Origin: an uncultured Bacilli bacterium
GTDB taxonomy: Bacteria > Bacillota_I > Bacilli_A > RF39 > UBA660
DNA length: 64,000 bases
Direction: 5' to 3'
Assembly (NCBI GenBank): GCA_934099115.1
Contig: CAKOPK010000004.1
Location: forward strand, 13,752 to 77,751
A program made the translations under genes and the position numbers. Position 1 is the stretch's first letter; every line of letters begins with the position of its first letter. The notes beneath the pieces are model-generated. The model was given only the letters and a program-made list of their open reading frames with translations. It was not told where the DNA came from and searched no databases. Below are positions 57,008 to 64,000 of this stretch, in pieces.

Positions 57008-57261
57008 CTCACTTTCAAATTACTATTTGTCTTTCAGTTTCTATTATATCATTTTATTTACTTAAAATATTAAAATGTTGGTTAATTTTAATAAAATCAT
57101 GTTATACTAATTTTAGTTAGTAGTTATTACTACCTATAATTTATTGCTTATAATGGTTGTTATACCAGAACCATAAGGGCACCAAATGTGATTTATCGCC
57201 CTGTTTTAGGACTTTTTATATTATTTTTTTAAATTACCCACCAATTTTAATATAAATTTTT

Positions 57262-57295
57262 TGAAAATAAAAAATTAGTTTTCATTTAACTAATT
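57262..57295 (-). terminator. Rho-independent terminator about 200 nt downstream of ylxM
   Basis: Minus-strand hairpin AATTAGTT-aaatgaa-AACTAATT followed by TTTTTATTTT. Confidence 0.6.
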
Positions 57296-57490
57296 TCTAT
57301 TTAGGGCTAAACTCTTAAGGTAATACTAAATGATGTTTAAAGGTAAGAATAAAAAATTATATACTTTTTGGATAATATAATGAAATAAAATTGTTTCAAA
57401 AAAAAAATACAAGAGCGATTATTTATTACTAATAAAAATAATAAGAAAGAATTACTAAATAAAAATGTATTCTTTAGCAAATTAAAAAAG

Positions 57491-57793
57491 TTACTCTTGA
57501 TTTAGTAACTCTTTTAGTTTATTTTTTAATACTTCTAAGTTTTCTTCTTCTAATAGATTTTCTAATTTTTTCTTTTTAGATAAGTCTTTTAAAATATTTT
57601 CAAAATATAATAATTTGTCTATAGACCCTTTTAGTGTTTTACCAACACTACTTTTTGTAATATTTCTATTTTCTGCTATTTCACTTAAGGATAAATCTTC
57701 TTCATAATAATTTATAAAGGTTTCTTGTTCAATGCTTGTTAGTAAGTTTCTATATATATCAAATAGTTGATTGTAATATTCTCTATTTTCCAT
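57491..57793 (-). CDS. ylxM: YlxM/UPF0122 putative DNA-binding protein
   Basis: 100 aa with a sigma-70-region-4-like HTH (EDLSLSEIAENRNITKSSV). It overlaps the end of ftsY. Confidence 0.8.
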   Translation of the reverse strand: MENREYYNQLFDIYRNLLTSIEQETFINYYEEDLSLSEIAENRNITKSSVGKTLKGSIDKLLYFENILKDLSKKKKLENLLEEENLEVLKNKLKELLNQE

Positions 57794-58778
57794 CGGGTAT
57801 CATATCCTTGAATAAACCATATATATATGCTTCGATATCAAAAGCTTTTAAATCATCAATGCCTTCACCTAAGCCTATAAACTTAACAGGAATATGGACA
57901 TTTTCTTTAATAGCTAGGACTATTCCTCCTTTAGCTGTTCCATCTAGTTTGGTTAAAACTAACCCTGTGATATTAGTTATTTCTTTAAAGCTTTCTGCTT
58001 GTAAAATACCATTTTGGCCAGTTGCAGCATCTATTACTAGTAATGTTTCATGGGGAGCTCCAGGGATATGAGTTCCAATTACTTTGTTTATTTTTTCTAA
58101 TTCTTTCATTAAATTTACTTTATTTTGAAGTCTTCCTGCTGTATCTACAAGTACTATATCTACATTTTCTTCTTTTGCTTTTACTATGCCATCATAAATT
58201 ACTCCGGCAGGGTCAATGTTTGCTTTTCCATAGAATAGTGAGTCTGTTCTTTTGGCCCATTCTTCTAATTGTTTAGTTGCTCCAGCACGGAAAGTATCAC
58301 CAGCGATTAACATTACTTTTTTGCCTTCTTTTCTATATTTATGAGCTAGTTTACCAATTGTAGTAGTTTTTCCTACACCATTTACTCCTACCATTAATAT
58401 AACAGTTGGGCCATCTTCATTCATGTTAATTTTATCACTTAGGTTTTCTCCTTCTACATAGATAATAAATAATTCATCAATGATTACTTCTTGTAAATAA
58501 TTAACATCCGTAATATTTTCTTTTTTAACACGAGAACGTAAGCGATCCATGAAATTCATTACAGTAGATACACCAATATCTGCCATGATTAATAGGTTTT
58601 CTAACTCTTCATAGTATTCTTCACTTACTTTGGTATATTTATGTCCTAAGATACTTAATTCATTTACAAATTCATTTCTGGTTTTTTCTAAACCTTGGTC
58701 ATACATTTTTAATGTTTCTTGTTCTATTTTATCTTCTTTTTTTCCAAAAGCTTTTTTAAATTTATCAAATAGTCCCAT
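57783..58778 (-). CDS. ftsY: Signal recognition particle receptor FtsY
   Basis: SRP-GTPase motifs GVNGVGKTTT, DTAGR and TKLDG. Length 331 aa. Confidence 0.92.
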   Translation of the reverse strand: MGLFDKFKKAFGKKEDKIEQETLKMYDQGLEKTRNEFVNELSILGHKYTKVSEEYYEELENLLIMADIGVSTVMNFMDRLRSRVKKENITDVNYLQEVIIDELFIIYVEGENLSDKINMNEDGPTVILMVGVNGVGKTTTIGKLAHKYRKEGKKVMLIAGDTFRAGATKQLEEWAKRTDSLFYGKANIDPAGVIYDGIVKAKEENVDIVLVDTAGRLQNKVNLMKELEKINKVIGTHIPGAPHETLLVIDAATGQNGILQAESFKEITNITGLVLTKLDGTAKGGIVLAIKENVHIPVKFIGLGEGIDDLKAFDIEAYIYGLFKDMIPDGK

Positions 58779-58873
58779 TGTCTAGCCTCTTTTCTTGATT
58801 TCTATTATATCATGTCTTTAGGGAAAGGAAAACTAAAATTCTTCAAGTTTTTGTCAATTTTTGTTACTAAAGT

Positions 58874-58902
58874 TTGCATTCAATTGTTCTTTACGTTATA
58901 AT
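58874..58902 (+). promoter_or_regulatory. Putative sigma-A promoter of ftsK
   Basis: TTGCAT, a 17-nt spacer, then TATAAT, 18 nt upstream of the ATG region. Confidence 0.5.
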
Positions 58903-58919
58903 AAGTATGGTGAATAAAA

Positions 58920-61172
58920 ATGGCAAAGAAAAAGAAATCAAAAGCAAGCGAAAAAGAAAGCTTTCAATATAGTGTAGAAATAACAGGGTTAATTTTAATA
59001 TTAATTGGTTTAATTGGTTTTGGATTTGGACCGGTTGGCTCAATTATAAAAAGATTTGCAATGTTTTTAGTTGGAGGATGGGCTTGGATATTCTTATTAA
59101 TCCTTATATTATATTTAGGTACTTATATGTTATTTAAGAGAAAATTACCAAAATTTATGAGTCAAAAACTAATTGGTTTATATGTTTTAATTATAGTTAT
59201 TTTAGTTTCTAGTCATTTTGGTTTTATAAGAGAATGTAAATCCCCTACTGATATTTTTCAATCCACTATTGACCAGTATATGGATAGAATATCTACAATA
59301 GGTACAAATACTGCTTTATTTACTAGTGGGGATACCTCTATTGAAATAGGTGGTGGAATGATTGGAGCTATTTTTGCAGTAGCATTTAGTTCTCTTTTTG
59401 GACTTACTGGTACAAAAATAGTTTGTGTTATTTTAGTTATTTTTAGTTTCGTTTTATTATTTAATATTACTTTTGCAGACATCTTAAATAAAATTAAAGA
59501 CTTCTTTAGTTCTTTAAAGAATTCTAGTGGTGAAGAAAAAGCTCCTAAGAAAGAAAAAATTAAAGCTCCTAAAGTATTTGAGAATGGTGAAGAAACTAGT
59601 TATGAAGCACCTAAAGAAAAAGAGGATAAGATTATTATTACAAGTATGGATGAACTTAAAAATTTAAAAGAACAACCTGTTAAAGAAAATTTAGAAACAC
59701 CTAAAAAGGAAGTTTATGAGACAAATTCTAATTATACTTTACCTCCTCTATCTTTATTAGATGATAGTGCTCCGCAAAAGAAAGTAAATTCTAATAATTA
59801 TATACGTAGTAATAAGGAGAACTTAGAAAGAGTTTTAAAAGATTTTCAAATTAATGGTCAAGTTGTTGAAATTCATATTGGACCTGCGGTTACTCAGTAT
59901 GAAGTAAAAGTTCCTAGTGGTACTAAAGTAAGTAGAATCAGTGGTATTAATAAAGAGATTGCTCTTGCTTTAGCTGCTAAAGATGTTCGTATACAAGCTC
60001 CTATTCCTGGTAAAAGTACAATTGGTATAGAAATACCTAATCCATCAATTAGTATGGTTAAGTTTAAAGAAGTATTATCTTATCAAGGAAAAGAAAATAG
60101 TAATGCTAAAATATTAGTAGCACTTGGTAAAGATATTATGGGTATGCCTAAGCTTGCTGATTTATCAAAAATGCCCCATTTATTAATTGCTGGTTCTACA
60201 GGTTCTGGTAAATCTGTATGTACAAATACTATTATTTGTTCAATATTAATGCGTTATAAACCCGATGAAGTTAAATTAATGTTAGTAGATCCTAAGAAAG
60301 TTGAATTATCAAATTATAATGGAGTTCCTCACCTATTATGTCCTGTTGTTAGTGACCCTAAGAAAGCTAGTATTGCTTTACAAAAATTAGTTACTGAGAT
60401 GGAAAGAAGATATGACTTATTTAGTGAAAAAAATGTTAAAAATATTGGTAGTTATAATGATTGGGTAGATAAAGAAAATAAAAATAATGATACAAAAATA
60501 CCACGTATGACTTATATAGTGGCAATTATTGATGAGTTAGCAGATTTAATGCTTGTTGCTAGTAAAGAAGTTGAAGATTCTATTATGAGAATTACACAGA
60601 TGGCTAGAGCAGCTGGTATTCATTTAATTGTTGCTACTCAAAGACCTTCTACTGATGTTATTACTGGTGTTGTAAAAGCAAATATTCCATCACGTATAGC
60701 ATTTGCTGTTGCTTCTAATATAGATTCTAGAACTATTTTAGATTCTAGTGGAGCAGAAAAATTATTAGGTAAAGGTGATATGTTATTCTTACCTATGGGA
60801 GAAAATGTTCCTACTCGTATTCAAGGTTGTTTTATTGATGATAATGAAATTAAAAGAATTATTGATTTTACTTGTAAACAACAAGCTGCTCATTATGATG
60901 AAGAAATGCAAAATTTAAATGCTAATGGAAATGGTATTCATGGTTTACCTAATGAAAAAGAGGAATTTGATGACCCTTTATATAACGAGATTGTAGAATT
61001 TGCAATTCAAACGGGTAAAGTAAGTACTTCCCTACTTCAAAGAAGGTTTAGACTTGGTTATAATCGTGCAGCAAGAGTTGTAGATTTATTAGAAGAAAGA
61101 GGTATTATAGGTCCCGCTAATGGTTCTAAGCCTCGTGAAGTATTAATAAAATTAGAAGATAAATCTGAATAA
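58920..61172 (+). CDS. ftsK: DNA translocase FtsK/SpoIIIE
   Basis: N-terminal TM helices, a linker, motor domain Walker A AGSTGSGKS, Walker B IIDELADLM and a C-terminal gamma winged helix (LLQRRFRLGYNRAARVVDLLEERGIIG). Confidence 0.92.
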   Translation: MAKKKKSKASEKESFQYSVEITGLILILIGLIGFGFGPVGSIIKRFAMFLVGGWAWIFLLILILYLGTYMLFKRKLPKFMSQKLIGLYVLIIVILVSSHFGFIRECKSPTDIFQSTIDQYMDRISTIGTNTALFTSGDTSIEIGGGMIGAIFAVAFSSLFGLTGTKIVCVILVIFSFVLLFNITFADILNKIKDFFSSLKNSSGEEKAPKKEKIKAPKVFENGEETSYEAPKEKEDKIIITSMDELKNLKEQPVKENLETPKKEVYETNSNYTLPPLSLLDDSAPQKKVNSNNYIRSNKENLERVLKDFQINGQVVEIHIGPAVTQYEVKVPSGTKVSRISGINKEIALALAAKDVRIQAPIPGKSTIGIEIPNPSISMVKFKEVLSYQGKENSNAKILVALGKDIMGMPKLADLSKMPHLLIAGSTGSGKSVCTNTIICSILMRYKPDEVKLMLVDPKKVELSNYNGVPHLLCPVVSDPKKASIALQKLVTEMERRYDLFSEKNVKNIGSYNDWVDKENKNNDTKIPRMTYIVAIIDELADLMLVASKEVEDSIMRITQMARAAGIHLIVATQRPSTDVITGVVKANIPSRIAFAVASNIDSRTILDSSGAEKLLGKGDMLFLPMGENVPTRIQGCFIDDNEIKRIIDFTCKQQAAHYDEEMQNLNANGNGIHGLPNEKEEFDDPLYNEIVEFAIQTGKVSTSLLQRRFRLGYNRAARVVDLLEERGIIGPANGSKPREVLIKLEDKSE

Positions 61173-61232
61173 AAACAAAGATTGAAAATAAAATTATTAT
61201 ATGATAAAATACTATTGAAAGGATATGATTAA

Positions 61233-61751
61233 ATGGCTAAAGCTAAAAAGAAAAATATATCCACATCTTCAAAAAATTGGATAATTGGTATATGTACAAT
61301 TATTGTATTAATATTACTTGCTCTTTATTTTTATAAATGGCATGTTGTAAAAGAAGAAGAAAAGTACTTAAATAGTTATCTAATAGAAACGAATACAATT
61401 AGCTTACAAATGAATGATATTAGTGAAATTGCTGCAGTTTTATCAGAGACACCAAATGAATACTTTGTATATGTTAGTTATACAGAAGATAAAGATATTT
61501 ATGAGTTTGAAAAGAAATTAAAACCGATTATTAAAAAGTATGCAATTCAAAATAATTTTTATTACTTAAATATTACAGATATTAAAAAGGAAAATGATTA
61601 TATTAGTAAAGTTGCTACTGCTTTAAATATTAGTGAAAAAGAACTAAAAAAAATACCAGTTATTCTTTATTTTAAAGATGGTAAACTGGTTGGTAATGGA
61701 GTTACTTCAATAAATGGCTTTAAAAAGTTATTAGATAATATAACAAATTAA
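61233..61751 (+). CDS. Membrane-anchored protein, possibly with a thioredoxin-like fold and no CxxC
   Basis: N-terminal TM. The C-terminal IPVILYFKDGKLVG resembles the thioredoxin beta-strand motif. No redox Cys pair is present. Confidence 0.3.
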   Translation: MAKAKKKNISTSSKNWIIGICTIIVLILLALYFYKWHVVKEEEKYLNSYLIETNTISLQMNDISEIAAVLSETPNEYFVYVSYTEDKDIYEFEKKLKPIIKKYAIQNNFYYLNITDIKKENDYISKVATALNISEKELKKIPVILYFKDGKLVGNGVTSINGFKKLLDNITN

Positions 61752-61771
61752 TACTCTTAGGAGTATTTTTT

Positions 61772-62908
61772 TTACCAAAAATTTGTTAGATTGCCCTCTT
61801 TTTGATAATAATCATCCATGGTAACTTGCCAATAGAAATTACGGGTTAATCCTTCTTTAGTATATGTCATAGCAACTGCTCCATAAGCAATTCCTCCCCA
61901 TAGACTTTCTGCAACATAATATCTGCCATTATTTATACCTATTAGTATTGCAATATGACCACCATTTCTTGATGCTCCACTTAATAAATCTCCTACTTTT
62001 AGAGTGTTATTTTCTACTGCAGATTTTAATAACACTTTGGTTCCTAAGTCCGTAAAATCAAAATTAACTGTTATTCCTGCGCCAATATCTCCTGGGTCTA
62101 AGCCACCATTATAGAAAACCCAAGAGATGAAGCCACTACAGTCTAAGCCATTATTGCGTAGAGCTTTAGCTGGTATAGAATAGATAGAACATCCCCAAGG
62201 AGCAGGACCTGTACTACTTTTTTTAATATTCTTATAACGTGATTTATGAAGATATAATCCTTCATGATAATATCTACCCTCTCCATCTACGTAAGAAGTA
62301 TTATTAAAGCTGGTAAGTCTACCATTTTCAGAAAAATAAGTGATGCGATACGGAAACTCAAGAGTAAGAAAGCGAGCAGCCGCTATTACTCCTGCTCTTG
62401 TTCCTAAGCCAGCTTCTACTACTCTACTTTTTAATATTTTGTCTAAAATATCATTATCTTCTTCTGTATAAGTTTGACATCCTACCGCTGTTTTATTGGG
62501 ATTGGGATTATTTTTTTCTATTAAATTTGTTACTAGGACTTTGGCAGTCCTAACTTCATCTTTTACTTTCATACTAATTTCTGTTTCACCATTTGATAAA
62601 GATTTTATATTTCCATTTTGGTCTACAGTTGCAATATTGGGATTTTTACTACTAAAAGATATTTCTTCTTCGTAATTATTTGATGTTTCTAAATTATACT
62701 TAATTTTTGTTATATCATGTGGAGCCATGTATATTTCTGCATTTATGATATTAAAATCCAAAATATCATAATATAAAGTAGGTTTAATATTATAATAAGA
62801 TTTTTGGGGATTTTGAGAAAAAGAATTATTATAGGCATAAGAAATTTCAACCATTAAAATAGTTGAAAACAAAACAAATATAACACTTATTAATAACTTC
62901 TTTTTCAT
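61772..62908 (-). CDS. Secreted NlpC/P60 cell-wall hydrolase with a Big_2-like domain
   Basis: Signal peptide, an Ig-like segment (FSSKNPNIATVDQNGNIKSLSNGETEISMKV), the catalytic Cys context GLDCSGFISWVF and the His context GGHIAILIG. Confidence 0.8.
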   Translation of the reverse strand: MKKKLLISVIFVLFSTILMVEISYAYNNSFSQNPQKSYYNIKPTLYYDILDFNIINAEIYMAPHDITKIKYNLETSNNYEEEISFSSKNPNIATVDQNGNIKSLSNGETEISMKVKDEVRTAKVLVTNLIEKNNPNPNKTAVGCQTYTEEDNDILDKILKSRVVEAGLGTRAGVIAAARFLTLEFPYRITYFSENGRLTSFNNTSYVDGEGRYYHEGLYLHKSRYKNIKKSSTGPAPWGCSIYSIPAKALRNNGLDCSGFISWVFYNGGLDPGDIGAGITVNFDFTDLGTKVLLKSAVENNTLKVGDLLSGASRNGGHIAILIGINNGRYYVAESLWGGIAYGAVAMTYTKEGLTRNFYWQVTMDDYYQKEGNLTNFW

Positions 62909-62959
62909 ATCCTCACTACCATAATAATCATAGCATAGAAAAAGAATAAAAGCTATAAG

Positions 62960-63589
62960 CTATAAGTTCTTATTCTTTTCTTTACAAAAACTAATAAAGG
63001 GACAATTCTTACAATCAGGTTTTAGAGCTTTACATTTATAACGACCAAATAATACTAATTGGTGATGTAGTCTACTCCATCTTTCTTTGGGGAACTTTTT
63101 CATTAATTTGTTTTCTATTATGGTTACGTTATCATCATCTTTAGCTAAGCCTAATCTTTTAGAAACTCTTGTAACATGAGTATCTACAGCGATTGTAGGA
63201 ACATTAAATATATTTGATAAAACTACATTACTTGTCTTTCTTCCTACTCCTGGTAGACTCTCTAAATATTCTCTATTATTTGGTACTTTGCCATTATAAT
63301 CATTTACTAATTTAATAGCAATATTTTTAATATAGATGGCTTTTTTAGTATAAGAGCCACATGGTCTTATTATTCTTTCTATGTCTTTTAGAGGAGCATC
63401 TTTTAAAGAATAAATATCATATTTATTAAATAATACTTTGGTTACTTCATTTACTCTTTTATCTGTGCATTGAGCACTTAATACAGTTGCAATTAATAGT
63501 TCATAATCTTTTGTATATTCAAGTTCACATCTAGCATCGGGAAATAAAATATCTAACCATTCTATAATATAATTACTCTTCATAATCAT
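62960..63589 (-). CDS. nth: Endonuclease III
   Basis: HhH-GPD motif LPGVGRKTSNVV and the 4Fe-4S cluster loop CKALKPDCKNCPFISFC. Confidence 0.9.
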   Translation of the reverse strand: MIMKSNYIIEWLDILFPDARCELEYTKDYELLIATVLSAQCTDKRVNEVTKVLFNKYDIYSLKDAPLKDIERIIRPCGSYTKKAIYIKNIAIKLVNDYNGKVPNNREYLESLPGVGRKTSNVVLSNIFNVPTIAVDTHVTRVSKRLGLAKDDDNVTIIENKLMKKFPKERWSRLHHQLVLFGRYKCKALKPDCKNCPFISFCKEKNKNL

Positions 63590-64000
63590 CTAACCAATTA
63601 TAATCAAATAATTCCTTTTTAGGTTTATTTTCTTCTTTTTTTTCTAAATGATTATGAACATCAGATAAGTTTTTAAAACCCTTTTTGCTCCATTCAAATA
63701 ATATTTTATCAATATAGCGGAAATTATTTACACCATTATATACTGCTTCTTTTAAAGCTCCAATAATTAATTCTTCACTATAATTATTTTCTAGCCAAGC
63801 ATTTATAATTTCATATTCCATACTAGTTATGGGACGCCCAAATTCTTTTTCAAATACACTATAAATGTCTGTTTTTGTTTCTTCTTTCTTTTCTTCTATT
63901 TTTTCTTCTGTTATCATATCATAAAAATTGTCTAAGTTAACTCTTTCAATCATTCTGCCTTCTATATCTTTTGTGCTTTCTATAACTATTAATTTTTTAG
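63573..64000 (-). CDS. dnaD: DnaD-domain replication initiation protein (5' end runs off the window)
   Basis: DnaD C-terminal domain (FGRPITSMEYEIINAWLE...YIDKILFEWSKKG). The frame stays open from 63953 to the window edge. The gene is adjacent to nth, as in Bacillus. Confidence 0.7.
   Translation of the reverse strand, partial: KKLIVIESTKDIEGRMIERVNLDNFYDMITEEKIEEKKEETKTDIYSVFEKEFGRPITSMEYEIINAWLENNYSEELIIGALKEAVYNGVNNFRYIDKILFEWSKKGFKNLSDVHNHLEKKEENKPKKELFDYNWLDDYEE

Noticed and set aside
57150-57215. Purine riboswitch
   Set aside because: Only the UAUAAU-plus-stem beginning resembles the aptamer. The J2/3 junction is too short, the putative P3 has a 17-nt loop with no loop-loop complementarity, and there is no downstream gene.
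57225-57245. Degenerate attR repeat of the ssrA 3' end (TACCCACCAATTTT versus TACTCCACCAAATT)
   Set aside because: The match is about 12 nt with a gap in AT-rich DNA. It is too short and imperfect to distinguish from chance, and no integrase is present.
7026-59482. All other short track ORFs lying antisense within longer ORFs (for example 7026-7235, 8552-8734, 11162-11566, 14287-14508, 18017-18268, 25413-25718, 25836-26147, 27554-27781, 28152-28421, 29472-29675, 32587-32769, 34812-34994, 38035-38262, 38309-38530, 41896-42231, 46133-46318, 46500-47028, 47287-47899, 48762-48956, 49381-49590, 54552-54815, 56248-56595, 57736-58276, 59258-59482)
   Set aside because: Each is fully embedded opposite a longer ORF with recognisable motifs or coherent operon structure. 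The products are hydrophobic and low-complexity, as is typical of antisense frames in AT-rich DNA, and none has a convincing RBS.
58920-61172. FtsK-family protein as the missing T4SS coupling protein
   Set aside because: It has the full chromosomal FtsK architecture: N-terminal multi-TM domain, long linker, and a gamma winged-helix domain with the RRFRLGYNRAAR motif. It also lies 47 kb from the T4SS-like operon, among core genes.
1-64000. CRISPR arrays, transposases/IS elements, prophage modules and rRNA genes
   Set aside because: I read both strands of the intergenic regions. No regularly spaced direct repeats, terminal inverted repeats with a transposase, phage structural genes or rRNA-like sequence were found.

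Overview
The window is a 64-kb chromosomal segment from a very AT-rich, endospore-forming Bacillota genome. The lineage call is inference. It rests on Bacillus-like synteny (rpsT-gpr-spoIIP-yqxA, dnaD-nth, ftsY-ylxM), cse60 and spoVB-like genes, and a tmRNA tag ending in AFA as in Mollicutes and their relatives. Most genes lie on the minus strand. Recognisable core genes are murC, rpsT, addAB, tyrS, trmB, an RNase J paralog, sufB, ssb, ftsY, ylxM, ftsK, nth and a partial dnaD, plus tRNA-Asn(GTT) and tmRNA (ssrA). Two accessory loci stand out. Locus 1 (4.0-11.8 kb) is a type IV secretion-like operon. It encodes a VirB4 ATPase split into two coupled ORFs, a VirB3/PrgI-like protein, a VirB6-like polytopic protein and two secreted proteins ending in a VirB2-like two-helix hairpin. 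No relaxase, coupling protein or integrase is visible, and a 308-nt GC-rich structured spacer interrupts the operon. Locus 2 (25.3-36.8 kb) is a Tad/CpaF-type operon with an ATPase, two platform proteins and a CpaB-like protein. It has no Flp pilin, prepilin peptidase or TadZ. It carries a 1223-aa cysteine-rich secreted protein and ends with a 128-aa protein bearing the same hairpin module as locus 1. Beside it are an SPKTG-sorted surface protein and a sortase B fused to a large N-terminal domain. I propose that the two loci are parts of one undescribed surface-filament or secretion apparatus. Other notable items are a 515-aa protein with two R-x4-H (HEPN-like) motifs coupled to trmB, a collagen-like protein next to an MBOAT/DHHW acyltransferase pair, an RNase J with a degenerate metal-binding motif, and a small accessory islet between ssrA and ylxM. 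No CRISPR array, transposase or prophage was seen.
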